64,000 nucleotides of DNA from Lama glama (Eukaryota), in contig CM052817.1 of NCBI GenBank assembly GCA_028534125.1, positions 5,272,001-5,336,000 of the forward strand, given 5' to 3'. Made by a program: the position numbers and the translations under genes. Under the pieces are notes generated by a model. It saw only the letters and a list, made by a program, of their open reading frames with translations, had not been told where the DNA came from and did not search any database. This document shows, piece by piece, positions 36,275-49,232 of this stretch; position 1 is the first letter of the stretch, and each line of letters begins with the position of its first letter.

Positions 36275-36415
36275 TTTTAAAAAAAATTGGGGGGGAGGTA
36301 ATTAGGTTTATTTATTTATTTATTCATTTATTAACAGAGGTGCTGGGGCTTGATCCCAGGACCTCGTGCGTGCTAAGCACACACTCCACCACTGAGCTGT
36401 ACCCTCCGCCCCCCC
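36275..36415 (-). mobile_element. tRNA-Ala-derived SINE (Vic-1-like)
   Basis: GGGAGGTAATTAGGTTTATTTATTT..CCCAGGACCTCGTGCGTGCTAAGC..ACTGAGCTGTACCCTCC is the reverse complement of the family. Confidence 0.9.
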
Positions 36416-36949
36416 ATTGTTGTCAATGAATATGCGTTTATTTTACAATTAGAAACAAATAACTAAACTCTCTACACTGTAGTGGGGCGGGGGGGTGGGC
36501 AGGAAGCCTGCAAACTCTAGTGCATTGTGTGTGACCTCTCCTTCTGTAGGACACCCACCAGAAACCCATCGCTCGCCCTGCCCCGCCCCAGGTCTACAGG
36601 GCCACACCCAGCAGCGCCCCAGTGGAAGAAAGGCTTCTCTTGAGACTCAAGGGCCCAGAGGATCGGATTTCAGCTCCCTTCCCGGCCCCTCCTGCAGCCG
36701 TCCCGTCAGGAGGCCTTTCCTCTCTAAAATGCAAATGATTCCTCCAAGTTAATCTGAACCTCCTGTCCCGTTAGCAACAGGGAAATGAAAAATAAGAGCG
36801 CCCGCCAAAGCCCAACGGGTCCTGAGCATTTACAGCTAAGGGGACAGGCCCACGAGAGGGGCTTCTTGCCAAACTGCAGAAAGAGAAGCAGTGCCAGGCA
36901 ACCGCCCTTGAGAGGCAGAAAGGCCCAGTGGGTGCTTACTCAAGACGGA

Positions 36950-37372
36950 GACTGTGGTAGCTTCTGGTGGCTGTCATCACAGACGGCCACAAACCAAGTG
37001 GATGAAAACAACAGACGTTCACTCTCTCGCAGATCCGAAGGACAGAAATACAAAATCAAGGTGTCTCAGAGCCATGCTTCCTCCAAAGGCCCTAGGGGAG
37101 AGCCCTTCTCTGCCTCTTCTGGCCACGGTGGCTCCTGGTTCTTTGGCTTGTAGCCACATCCCTTCAGCCTCTGTCTCGGAATCACGTGGCCCTTTCTCTC
37201 TGTGTACCTTCATGTCCTCATCTGGTGAGGACTGTTGTTGGGTTTAGGCCCACTCTATCCCAGTATGACCTTATCTTACTTACCTCTGCCAAGATCCTAT
37301 TTCCAAATAAGGCCACATCCTTAGGTCCTGGAAGGACATGAATTTTTAGGGTACACTATTCAAATCAGTACA
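36950..37372 (-). mobile_element. MaLR solo LTR (MLT1B/C-like)
   Basis: AAAATCAAGGTGTC, CTCCAAAGGCCCTAGGGGAG, CCTATTTCCAAATAAGGCCACAT, ACATGAATTTT. Confidence 0.8.
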
Positions 37373-37581
37373 GAGATGTACCAGTTCCTGGGACCAGGGC
37401 TACTCCAGGCCTATCCTGATTTAGTCTGTCCCCAAACCCACATCCTAACCTATCTGGTGACTGCCACAACTGCCTCTTTGAGCAACTGATCATCCATCCA
37501 ACAGTCTCCAACTATTTACTGAGCAATCAAAGAAGGACCCAGACATATTAGGGTTAGACGTCTGTGCGCACATTTGCTCAC

Positions 37582-38011
37582 TGCAGTGATTGATTTTGTG
37601 TCAGTTTGACTGGGCCATGGGTGCCCAGAAAGCTGGTTAAACATAATTCCTGGATGTGTCTGGGTGGGCGTTTCTGGATGAGAGTCAACTCAAACATAGA
37701 CTGAGTAAAGCCTGAATGTGGGTGGGCCTCATCCAGTCAGTTGAAGGCCTGTCTAGACTAAAAGGCCGAGTAAGAAAAAAGTCTTTCTCTTTGCGTGTCT
37801 TCAGGCTGGGACATCAGTCTTCTCCTGTCTTCGGACTTCAACTTGGACTGGAACTGTTGGCTCTCCTGCGTCTCAGACCATTAGACTTGGATCAGAACTA
37901 CATCATTGGCTCTTTAGGGGCTGGGCTTAGCTTCCATAATCACGTGAGCCAGTCCCTTCCAATGGATCGACCATATTGGCTCTATTTCTCTGGAGAATCC
38001 TGACGAATATA
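37582..38011 (+). mobile_element. ERVL solo LTR (MLT2-like)
   Basis: TGTGTCAGTTTGACTGGGCCA..TGCCCAGA..AATGTGGGTGGGCCTCATCCAGTCAGTTGAAGGCCT..TTTCTCTGGAGAATCCTGAC. Confidence 0.85.
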
Positions 38012-39444
38012 CTCTGACATGAGGCAGACAGCCAGAGAGCATCGTCCAGAAACAACAGTGAAAAGATGATTTAAAAGAGAGAGAAGAGAAGGGGGAGAGA
38101 ACCTATAGAAAAGGGAGTCTTGTTTACACACTTTCAGCATAAACTGATCAGCTGGCATCTAACCAAGAAGTCTGTCCCAGCAATCTGGGCCTAAGCAGAC
38201 AGACTGGGGGCACACAGAAAAGCTGTTTTTTGGACTCTCCAGAAAACCTTGGCAGTCAGGCTGTGGAGCACTGGGGACAGGCCACCCTGAGTGAGGCCTC
38301 CTGCTCCTTCCTTCCACCTTCCGTTGCCGAGTGAGCCGTGTTCCTCGTACGCAGGTGTCCAGCCTCTCCGCGACAGGCCAGGAGCGCAGGCGCCCGGGCA
38401 AGCCGCACAGCACAGCCCCGACCTCGGGACATTACCTTCCTGTGTCTTGGTGGCTCTCACCTTTACCACCTAAAGAATCAAGTCCTGCCCCACAGTAGAC
38501 AGCGTGAGGCGGCGAAGGAGACTCAGCCGCCATCCCTGACGCTCTCTTCCTGCTCCTCCTTTGATGAGAAGCCGCCTGGCCTCTGGCCCCAGCCCGAGCC
38601 GGCTTTGAGCCGCAGTCTTAGGCGGCTTCCCCAGAAGCAGCTTCAGGCGGGGTCTAGTACGCAAAGGTGACTGGCTAGACGTCCCCGGTTTCAGCGCCGA
38701 ATCTCCTGCGTCCCCAGGAAAGCTGTCAGTCAGGCCGTGCAGGACGCTTATTACGGAGGGAGGGGATGGACTCGGGACAGACGTGTGAGGGTTCCACAGG
38801 CTGCCCTGGGGAGGGCTGTCGCCATGTGCGAAGCGGTCCCCCTCTGTGGAGGGGCGGACAGCGTCCTGACTGCAGTGGGGCAACAGGCCTCCGCTGAGGC
38901 GGGGGAGGGCCAGGATGGCGCATCGGTGTCCGTCCTGCTTTACGAGCTGGGGATCTTGGGCAGGTTAACCCACCTCTCTGAGCCCAGTTTCCTCAAATGA
39001 GCAGCATTTTCCCTACTTCAAAGGGATAGGAGAAATCTAAAAAAGTAAGGAAAGTAACTGGAGCATAACAGGACCTCGCCAGTGAGGTCATTTCCCTCCG
39101 CTCTGCCTGGCTTTAGGACCTAAAATGAAGGTGGTGATGAGCACGGTTGTACTAGTTTATCATAACAATGAGAAAAACAGCAATAGCTGATTTTTATGGG
39201 GCCCCAGCACTACATGCGTGGTATTGTTCTAAGCACTTGACATATATTAGCTCGCTTCATCTTCAAAATGACCCTGGGGAGCCGGCACTGTTATTATTCC
39301 CACTTCACAGAGGGGGAGACTGAAGCACAGAAGCACTCGGTAATTTGTTGACATTTGTGAGAGGAAGAGGGAATGAGATGGTATTTACCTTGAGGATTCC
39401 CTTTTCTTCTCAGTGACAGGACCTTTGACTTAGAAGAATAAATT

Positions 39445-40348
39445 GAGGCAGCATACAGGACAGATAAAGAATTCTTACAGCTCAGTAACAAAAACACAGA
39501 CAACCTGACTTAAACTTGGGCAAATGACTTGAGTAGCTATTCCTCTAGAGAAGATAGAGAAATGACCAAGAAGCACGTAAAAATATGCCGTCAAGGAGTA
39601 CAAATCAAAACCACAGCGAGCTACCGCATCACGCCCACTAGGATGGCTTTCATTTTTCACAAATGCGAAACAGCAAGTGTTGGCCAGGATGTCGCGAAAC
39701 TGGAACCCTCACACATTGCTGATAAGAATGCAAGATGGTGCAGCTCCTGTGGAGAACAGCTTGGCTGTTCCTCAGAAGTTCAACATTGGATTACTATATG
39801 ACTCAGCAAGTCCTCCTCTAGGTATATACCCAAAAGAACTAAAGCCAGGTGTTCAAACAAAAACTTGTCTGTGTATGTTTAGAGCAGCACTATTCATAAT
39901 AACCAAAAGGTGGAAATAATCCAGGTGCTACCAACAGATGAATGGATAAACAAAGTGTGCTCTGTCTGTACACGGGAATATTATTCAGCCACAAAAAGGA
40001 ACACAGTACTCATATGTGCTACAACATGGGTGAATCTGGAACACTTTATGTTAAGTGAAAGAAGCCAGATGCGAAAGGTCACACAATGTATGATTCTATT
40101 TATGTGGAATGTCCAGGAGAGGCAAATTCATAGAGACAGAAAACAGATTAGTGGTTTCCAGGCACTGGAGGATGGTGGGTAAGGTTACTGCCTAATGGGT
40201 ACAGGGTTTCCTTTAAGGGTGATGAAATGTGTTGGAACTAGACAGAGGTGGTGGTTGCCCAACACTGTCAATGTCCTGAATGCCGCTGAACTACAGGATT
40301 TAAAATAGTTAACTTTATGTGAAGTGAATTTTACCTTAATTTGAAAAA
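39445..40348 (+). mobile_element. L1MB-like 3' fragment
   Basis: CAAATCAAAACCACA, GGTATATACCCAAAAGAACT, GATGAATGGATAAACAAA, AAGTGAAAGAAGCCAGA, AACTAGACAGAGGTGGTGGTTGC. Confidence 0.9.
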
Positions 40349-41021
40349 TAGAAGTCAGGCGATCAGGTGGCAGATACAGCCAAAGTTCTGATTCCTGGTG
40401 CCCTCGTGGGGTAAGAAACAAATTAGAATGGGGTTAGGTGCCTTGCATAGGGGAGCCAGGAGTTAAGCTACGAGGAGAAAAACATCTATCTGAACCAAAG
40501 ACTCTTAGCCAGGGTGCATGCTCAGTGGTCCAGGCTGGGCACTGCACAACAGAGACCACTCAGGAGACTGAGATCTAACACACACTCCCCCCTCAAGCCA
40601 CATGCCCTGGATTGACTGCATTGGTCCAGAGGAATCTCCCCTTCCTAATTCTCAGAGAAGTACCCTATGACTTAAGCAGCCTGTTTTGTAGCCAGCCAAC
40701 CTTCCCCAGCCCCACTCCACTAGTAGCCCATCCGAAAGAGGCCAGGCGCAACCTCCAGCAGCAAGGCCTCTTCCGTCTCCCACTCTCCATTTCTCCATCT
40801 ATCTGTTCCTTGCCTCTGCTCTCAGCCTGGCTTCCTGCTGGCTCTTTTGGATCTGACAAACAGCCTGGCTAATCTCAGCATGGCCCTCAGTGTACCTCCA
40901 TACTCACCATCTGCACCTGTCCATTCGCCTCCACCAGCCCCCTGCCGCTCGAGAGAGACATGGTGTCTTGACCCCACCCAGCTTTCTGGCCACGTCTCGC
41001 TGCAGCACAGGCAGAAAGCCC

Positions 41022-41232
41022 ACTGCTGCCTAAATGTAACTTTGAGTTACAAATTCATATGTTGAAACCCTAACTCCCAATGTGATTGTATTTGGAGGTG
41101 GGGCCTTTGGGAAGTAATTAGGCTTAGATGAAGACATGAGGATGGGATCGCATGATGGGATTAGTTCCCTTACAAGAAGAGGAAAAGAGACCATTGCTCT
41201 CACTTTCCACTGTGTGAGGCCACAGTGAGGAG
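41022..41232 (+). mobile_element. MLT1A-like LTR 5' half
   Basis: AAATTCATATGTTGAAACCCTAACTCCCAATGTGATTGTATTTGGAGGTGGGGCCTTTGGGAAGTAATTAGG. Confidence 0.85.
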
Positions 41233-41234
41233 GT

Positions 41235-41773
41235 TTATCTATTTTGTATATAGTAATATGTATCTGTTAATCTCAAACTCCTAATTTATCCTCTTACCCA
41301 CCCTTTCCTCTTTGGCAACCCTAAGTTTGTTTTCTTGCCTGTAAGTCTGTTTCTGTTTTCTAAATTAGTTCATTTTTGCCATTTTTTTAAGATTCCACAT
41401 ATGTGATCTCATATGATATTTGTCTTTCTCTGACTTACTTCACTTAGTATGATAATCTCTAGGTCCACCCATGTTGCTGCAAATGGCATTATTTCATTCT
41501 TTTTTATGGCCTACTAATATTGCATTGTGTATATATACCACATCTTCCTTAGGCAGCCATCTGTTGATGGACATTTAGGTTGCTTCCATATCTTGGCTAC
41601 TGTAAATAGTGCTACTATGAACATTGGGGTGCATGTATTTTTTGGAATTAGAGTTTTTCTCAGGATATATGTCCAAGAGTGAGATTGCTGGATCATATGG
41701 TATGTCTATTTTTAGTTTTTTAAGGAATTTCCATAATGTTTTCCCTAGTGACTGCACCAAATTATATTCCCAC
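41235..41773 (-). mobile_element. LINE-1 3' fragment
   Basis: Minus-strand translations [25 protein letters not shown] and [26 protein letters not shown], plus L1 3' UTR. Confidence 0.92.
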
Positions 41774-43582
41774 ATGACACTACATCTTGAGCTGATTTGT
41801 TACCCAGCAATAGATAACTCATATAGCTCTGTTGGTTCAGACCTTGAGTTATTCCCCTTGAGTTTTTCTTTTGTCTGCAGTCGCATATTAAGAAAGCATC
41901 TCAACTGTGTCAATTGTGCTTTAGGAAAACCAAGGGGGAAGGGATTTGTTCACGCTTAGGTCAGAGATTTGCAGAAAAGCAGGCCCTTCCTGCCATGCCC
42001 CAGAGGAGAGGGGTAGCAAAAATTCCAAAGAAAAGAAAACTCAGACAGGGACTAGATGGCCAGCCGCCCCTTTGCAGCACAAAATTCTCCTCCTGAGGGA
42101 AACTCTGGGTTTTAATTTTCTTAAGGGAGGTAGCATTGCCCTCTTGGTACCTCTAGGCTTAAATTAACTATTGAAGCCATAGGACTGGATGCACTAACTC
42201 TGGGAAGAGGGTGTTTCCAGTGAGGCAGGGAGCTGAGCCCTGGGGAATAGCAGCAGTCAAGGAATTATCTTTGGAAAAGGAACCAGGGAAGGGAATAGAA
42301 GACGATGAGGCAGGATCAGAGCCAGGGCTCAAAAGGGTCTTGAAAGCAAAGGAAAAAGACCTTTTAAAAGGAATACTTTGTAACAAACAAACAGACAAAC
42401 AAGAGGAATGGAACTTATTTGCTTAAAAAAGAAAAGAAGTCTTGGAGCCAATGACAGCTCTGCAGGAGTCCGGAAGGAAGGGTAGATTCTTCAGGATCCA
42501 ATAAATGTGATCCCAGCCAGTCATTCTTCTCAGAGCTCCTCCTCTGCACCCAAACTACCGGAACAGCCAGCACCACCCGTCATCACCCAGCATCTCCTTT
42601 ACAAGCAGTCGAAGTCAGTCCCTCATGTCTGTTTCTTGTTTTCAGATGAAACACATCTCTAGAAATTGCTGAATGCATGGTTTTAGCAGAAAGATGGGCT
42701 CTGTCTTCAGCCCCCAGTTTCCCAGTTGCTGTTTCCTTTTGTTTCCAAGCACTTGGTCTCTGTGTGAACACTGAGATCCCATTGAGCATCCCCAAAAGAG
42801 GGACTGCACGGCGACTCGACTCAGCGTGCTGAACCGTCCCGGAGGAAATGCACAATCATCTTCAGTGAGCGGAGGACAATGAGGAGGTGTCCTGTTACAT
42901 AATTGAGGAGACAATGTCTTTTAGACTCAGTCTGGTTCACTTTTCACACTAAATTAATCTTAATAAGCATCTGCTTTGAGTAAAGGAAGTTTTGTGATAA
43001 TTCAACCGTGACCTCTGTAAAAGTCCAAATGATTTCACTTTGGTCCCTCGGCCCCGAGTATCCTACTGAAATGGTCGTCTTTATTTCATGATCATCAGCA
43101 TGTTAACATGAGCTGATTAATCCCATCAACCTAACTACACAGATCGGACGCAGCCCAGGGCTATGACATCATTAGCTTTGGGACGCGAGCGCAGAGGATG
43201 GCAGAGGATGGCAGACGGGGCCAGTCACTGGTCCCACAGGTCATTTGATCCAGGCTCCTTGTTTCTGAGAATTAAAAGCAGATTCTCCCTCCGGCTCGTT
43301 CTCTGCCTCCAAGATCCAGGTAAAATTGTCCCAGCACGGGAATCACTGGGACCACATGGTTCAGGGGCACACTGAGCCTTTGTCCCCATGGCATCGTTTG
43401 TGGCCAGACCACTGGACACTCAACCAGGACCCAGGACCCATCACCCCGTGGGTCTCAATGGACAGCATCATCTCTGCTGGCCCCTCTTTAACCTCCACCA
43501 TCATTCCTGGGCACGCCTGCCTCATGACTGCATCCCACGCTCTCTCCAAAGCAGGAGCCCCTAACAACCTGGACATCTGCGT

Positions 43583-43601
43583 CCCTGCCACCTGGCGGCC
43601 A
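43583..43601 (-). promoter_or_regulatory. CTCF core motif, near consensus
   Basis: Minus strand TGGCCGCCAGGTGGCAGGG matches the CCRSYAGRKGGCR core. Confidence 0.6.
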
Positions 43602-43704
43602 GCTCTCCCAGCTTCTGCATCCCAATGCTCCTTCAGGAAGTTTCTCTTCCCATGATATACAGACTGGGTGAGAACGTCAGGCAAGGAATTCTGCCTGCTC
43701 TCAG

Positions 43705-43830
43705 CCCGAAGCGTGATTCTGGGACCAGCCGCATCAGCGTCACCTGGGAGTTTGTGAGAAAGGCAGATTCTCAAGGCCCTCCCCAAACCTGCTGAGCCAG
43801 AAGCCTGGGACTGGGGCCCAGCAAGCCCTC
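43705..43830. mobile_element. MER5A-like hAT-Charlie fragment
   Basis: GGACCAGCCGCATCAGCGTCACCTGGGAGTTTGTGAGAAAGGCAGATTCTCAAGGCCCTCCCCAAACCTGCTGA. Confidence 0.8.
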
Positions 43831-45289
43831 ACCAGAGTTCTTTTGTGTGCAGTTGCCAGAGGTGGGCACGTGAACCAAGTTACTCAGTTTGCCGCAAGTC
43901 CATAGTTTACATTAGGGTCACTCTCGGTTCTGTGCCGTCTGTAGGTTTTGACAAGGGTGTAATGACATGCGTCCCCCGTTGAAGTACCGTACAGGAGACT
44001 TCCCTGCCCCAAACTCCCCTGTGCTCTGCCTAGTCATCCCTCCCTTTGTGCTGTTTAAGCCACTGGTTTCTGGGAATTTGTTACAGCAGTCACTTTCTCT
44101 CTCCCCCGGACTCCAGTCTGGGAGAGAAAGGCAGCCTGGGAGAGAGAGAGGCGATCCCGCCAGCACTGGCCTGGCCTTGTTCTCGGTTGCCCTGCACCCA
44201 GCCCCACGTGCATCCTGACTCCCGTCCTTCCAGACCTGCCTCAGCCTTTCTGTGGATTCGAAGAGCTTCAACGATCATCCTAGAGGTTGTTTTTTTGTCT
44301 TAAATGGGCCCAAGTTGGTGTTTGTTGCTCTTAAACAAAGGGCCTTGTCTCCAAAACACAGATTTGAAGAACCGTAGGAGTGCCCATATGCTGAATTCAG
44401 CACTTAAAATGTTAAGAAAGAATGATTTCTGTTTCCAGGATTGAGTTTAAAACAACACTGCCACAGGGCTAGCAGCTTGCCGTGGAAGGGGCAGATCTCT
44501 CTAACTGGTGGTGAACGTTACCAGGAAAGCTTCCTGAGACTTCTGGGTCAGGCTGAGGACACACCAACGCCATCAGAGCCTTATTTAGTCACTCCTCACA
44601 GTAACCCTCTAGAGTGGACACTGTCGTGACCCGCTTTACAGACAAGGAAACTGAGGCACAGAGAAGTTGATAGACTTGCTTCCACAGCCTTCCTGACTCA
44701 GGGAGTGCAAAGACCACCATGCAATCTGAAGCACTGGTGTTGCTGGCCAGCTTCACCGCTCACAGCTGAGTGCTCTCTGTACTGGCTTCCTCTCCTATTA
44801 AGTGGGGGTCACAATACCCACATGACAAATGGGTGTGGAGATGAAATGCTGTAATGCAAAGGGGCCCCCCAATAAACGGTTATCCCTCCACATGAGCAAA
44901 CCAATGCAGCCTAGAAAGGACAAGTGGCATGCCAAATGCCAGCCAGCCAGTAGCTGGAAGTTCAGAAACAGTGTTCTTGGCCCAACCTGGAAGGTTTTGG
45001 AAGCTTCTGGAAGCTTTCTCAGCAACTTTAACCATCAGTAAGAAATCTGCTCCTTTCCCAAAAGTTGTTAGCTCTATGGCAACATTGTTTTCAACGCTAT
45101 CCTGGAAACTAAAATAGTTTTTTCTCAACTTTTTAAGGAATATTTTACTTTCATTTATTATTTTAAATTATAACTTGGATATGAAGACATGAGCTAATTT
45201 GGCCTTCTTTTCATTTGGGACTTGGGGCTGGAAAACTGTCATTTAGATGACAGGCCCAGTCCAGTTCTTTCAAGATTTTTTCAGAGACA

Positions 45290-45325
<36 letters not shown>

Positions 45326-45331
45326 TGCACA
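45290..45331. repeat. (CA)n microsatellite
   Basis: Direct reading. Confidence 0.95.
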
Positions 45332-45989
45332 CATCCCAGAATCACAAAATAAAGTGTCTGAGAAGTAGGAAAACCAGGAGGCCAAGCAAATTGGCCTCCC
45401 CAGTGTGACCCGTCTCGAGGCCTCAGCCCACTACGTACTGAGCCCTCCCAGGGCTGAGGGCTGAGAGGGCCCAGTGCACACACATGGCTTAGATTTTTGT
45501 CCCTCGGCCTGGCACAGAGAGTTAAACACAAATATCCTGTGAGAGGAAATGAGTCGGTGCCGACTCCCTCACTCTCAGCTTTGCTCCCTTTTCTCTGATT
45601 TTAGCAAGGACTGCAGGAGTGGAAGAGGCCCCCTGGGATAGGGCTCAGGGAGCAAGCACTGAGTCTGAAGGCAGGACACCTGAGTCTAGCCCATCCTCTG
45701 CTGCTAACTCACTGTGTGATTGTGGGTCAGACATCTACCCTCTCTGGGCCAGTTTTTACATTAAGGAAGGGGAAAACTGTGTATTGTGCCAAGAAATCTC
45801 ATTTAGAACCCCTAGGTTCCCTTGGCTCCATAAGACACCCGTGGGCAGCTGCTATGTGAGACACCAAAGCCATTAGTATGAGAACATGCAGCCTTGTGGT
45901 GAGAAGCTCATCCCTGGGGGGCAGGGAGGCACCAGGGATGCCCCACCTTCAGCTGCAGTTCTACCACTAACCATAATTTGATAGCGCTG

Positions 45990-46392
45990 ATGTTACAGAC
46001 TGCAATGTGTTCTCCCCAAATTCATATGTTGAAGTCCTAACACCCAGAACCTCAGGATGTGACTATACTTGGAAAGGCAGAGTCTTTAAGGAGATAATTA
46101 AGGTTAAGTGAGGTTATGAGGGTGAGGCTCTAATCTGATAGGACTGGTGTCCTTCTAAGAAGAGGAAGAGATACCAAAGTGTTCAGTCTCTCTCCATGCT
46201 TTTAGAGGAAAGGCTACATGAGGTCACAGTGAGAAGGTGGCCGTCTGCAAGCCAGGGAGTGAGGCGTCACCAGAAACTGAGCTTAAGAGCACCTTGATCT
46301 CAGATTTCTAGCCTTCAGAACTGTGAGAAAATAAATGTTTGTCCTTTAAGTCCCCAGTCCATGGTATTTTGTCATGGTAGCCTGAGCACACC
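45990..46392 (+). mobile_element. MaLR solo LTR (MLT1A/B-like)
   Basis: CCCCAAATTCATATGTTGAAGTCCTAAC..GGACTGGTGTCCTT..GAGAAGGTGGCCGTCTGCAAGCCA..CAGAACTGTGAGAAAATAAATG. Confidence 0.9.
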
Positions 46393-46538
46393 TTCTCTTA
46401 GGCTGCCTCAGACCTCCAGTCAGGTCACTGGACTTGCCTTTTTTGTCCCCAGGGACCCTTTAGGAACCTGATGAAAGCGCAAATGCTGGTTAGATACCGT
46501 GTCAGGAGCCTCTCTTGCCCACTAGAGAACATTCATGA

Positions 46539-46692
46539 GGGGAAGGGTGTAGCTCAGTGGTAGAGCATGTGCCTAGCATGCACAAGGTCCTGGGTTCAAT
46601 CCCCAGTACCTCCATTATAAATAAATAAATAAATAAATAAATACCTAATTGCCTCCTCCATCAAAAAAATTATTAAAAAAAAAAAGGAAAAA
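46539..46692 (+). mobile_element. tRNA-Ala-derived SINE (Vic-1-like)
   Basis: GGGTGTAGCTCAGTGGTAGAGC..GGTTCAATCCCCAGTACCTCCA, (AAAT)n and A tail; 13-bp TSD AGAACATYCATGA at 46526-46538 and 46693-46705. Confidence 0.95.
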
Positions 46693-48176
46693 AGAACATC
46701 CATGATAGGACCTTGAACCCCAGCTGGTCTCTGAAGTTCCTGCCAGTCTCAAGCTTCCCCACCTGGTCTTCTGTGCTGATATAAGACAGAAAGACTCTCC
46801 CCTCTTCACTCTGAAATAAGAGCTCCCTTTCAGTGCAATTAGAACAACTGCATGTCTTGAGTAAGCAAAGAACACTGGGGTCCCTCCTTCACTGTCCAGA
46901 CAAAATGTTAACATTTTTTCATTTGGGAAGAGAACTTATAGTGAGTTAAAAACTTTCTTCGTGCAAATCCTGTGCAAAACTTAGTTCAGACATCCTCTGC
47001 TTTTGGCTATACAAAAGTAGTCAGACCAAACTTGTCACTGAGAACAACTATAGTGGCTGAATTTTTTTCCCCAAAGAGCTGTTTGAAGGCATCAAGAATA
47101 TCCCAGTCAGATCAGACTAGAGGGATCAAGACCCCAGAGGAACACACGCTTACTTCTTCTATTGATTTTAGCTCTTGGGGTGGTTTTCAGTGTGGGCAAT
47201 AGAGGCTGAATCCAAAGCAGCAATCTAGAACGTAAGGCAGCATCTTACTGGGATTAGAAGGATAAAGAAAAAAATCAGAGATCAGGGGTAACAAGCACCC
47301 ATGATGGAAGGAACAGGCTACCAGGGGAATGGGGAACCATGGAGAAGTGAATTCTATAGTCTGCACTCAATCTCTCCACAAAAAATGTACCAAATCTATG
47401 CAGTCACAGGGAGAGAGACCCAGAGACCCCAACTAGTAAGCAATTGCTAGGTGGTTAAGCACAGAAGTTGACAGTCTTGTGGGGTTGGGGAAACAAAAAT
47501 TGGAGTTCAGGGTAAATCAAGAGTGAGAGTTCCAAATAAATACCTCAGGCTCTCAGCTGAGATCCTGAAGGGCTGTGCTCTAAGCGTGTAATAAATAGGG
47601 AGCAGACAGACATGACTGGATGAAGATGGTGCAGCTAACTTTATCTGCCAATAAAAGACAATCAAACCCTTTCTGGAAAATTATGATCTCATCCAGAAGC
47701 TCAATAATTTTTCATAGACAATTTCCAGAATGCAATAAAAATTTATCAGACAAAATAGAAATAAGATTGAATATTGAAAGTTAAGAGAAAAACAAAGAGT
47801 GAAAACAGACTACAGAGGAACCAAATACTGGAGTTTTCAGACATAAAATTTAAAATAACTATGATTAACATGCCCAAGAAAAGAGAAGAAATGATGGAGA
47901 AAATCACGAGAAATTGGCATCTATTAAAAAAGAATCCATTGGAAATCCTAAAATTGAAAAAATATGTAATAGAAAATAAAATTTCAATTTTTTGAGGTTA
48001 ATAAATCTATCAAAGAAGAAACCTAGTGAACCAGAAAATAGGATTATAAAATATTCAAATTAAACCAGAGAAAAAAGAGGATTAAAAATACATAAAATTA
48101 GACGTATAACCACGTGGAAAAATTTAGCAATTTCCTATTGGAGTCCCAAGAATAGAGGAGAGAAAAAAAATGGGGT

Positions 48177-48670
48177 ATTTGATGGTTAATATTGTATGCC
48201 AACTTGACTAAACTATGGTGACCCATTATTTGCTCAAACAGTAGTCCAAATGTTGCTATAAAGGCATTTTTTAAGGTGTGATTAACATTTACAATCAGTT
48301 GACTTTGAGTAAATCTGATTATCCTACATAATATAGGTAGGCCTCATCTAAACAGTTTAAGGCCTTAAGAGTAAAGACTAAGGAATCCTGAAGAGGGAAG
48401 TCTGCCTCCAGACTGCAACAAAGAAATTCTGCCTGAGTTTCCAGCGTTTGGACCCAAGACTGCAACATTAACTCTTACCTCAATCTCTAACTTGGTTTGC
48501 CTTACAAATTTTGGACTTGCCAGCCCTTACAATTGTGTGAGTTAATTCCTGAAAAATAAATAAATCCCTATAAATAAATCTATATCTCTATAGATATATA
48601 TCTATAGAGACAGGATATAGATACATATATTATGTATATATCATGCTGGTTCATTCTTTGTAGAACTCTA
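48177..48670 (+). mobile_element. ERVL solo LTR (MLT2-like) nested in the old L1
   Basis: TGATGGTTAATATTGTATGCCAACTTGACT..ACAATCAGTTGACTTTGAGTAAA..GCCTCATCTAAACAGTTTAAGGCCTTAAGAG. Confidence 0.85.
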
Positions 48671-48817
48671 ATGGAGGCAAAATCAATTATTGACAAGAAT
48701 ATGGCTCAGGATTTTTTCAAGTTTGATTAGAGATATCAACCCACAGATTCAAGAATCTTTACAAATGCCAAGCAGGATAAATACAAAGAATAGAAACCAC
48801 ATTTGTAGACACACATT

Positions 48818-49232
48818 GTGTTCACCCCCAAGAAGTGAATAAATTCCCCACCCCTCAGCCCATCCATTCAAAATTTGGTTCAGATGTTGAGACCGATGAC
48901 GTCCAATGTGCACCAGCAAGGAGAGAAAAGCTTTATTACTCACATAATGAGGCTTCTGGGGAGAGCAGTGCCAGCTACCTCTAGCAGGTCCAAAAAGAGA
49001 GTGAAAAAGCCAGGAAAAAAGGCTGCCTTCAGTGTTCATGGTGACTAGAGGATGGAGCTGGGATGAGGCTTCCCAGGTGAGGGCCAGGCTTGTGTGGTTC
49101 AAATTTCCCCCTGGCTCAGATGGAGGAAGTACACAGTGTTTGCCCAGATGTGGGGCAAAGGGGGAGGTGGGAGAGGTGGCCTTGAAGGCTATCATCATCA
49201 AAGCTTCAAAATAAGGAGTCAGACTCTATGAC
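48818..49232 (-). mobile_element. Solo LTR (probably ERVL class) nested in the old L1
   Basis: TG..CA ends, TTTATTACTCACATAATGAGGC and terminal GGAGTCAGACTCTATGACA; L1 ORF1-like text (AGACACACAT|..ATCATAGTCAAAC) flanks both sides. Confidence 0.65.
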
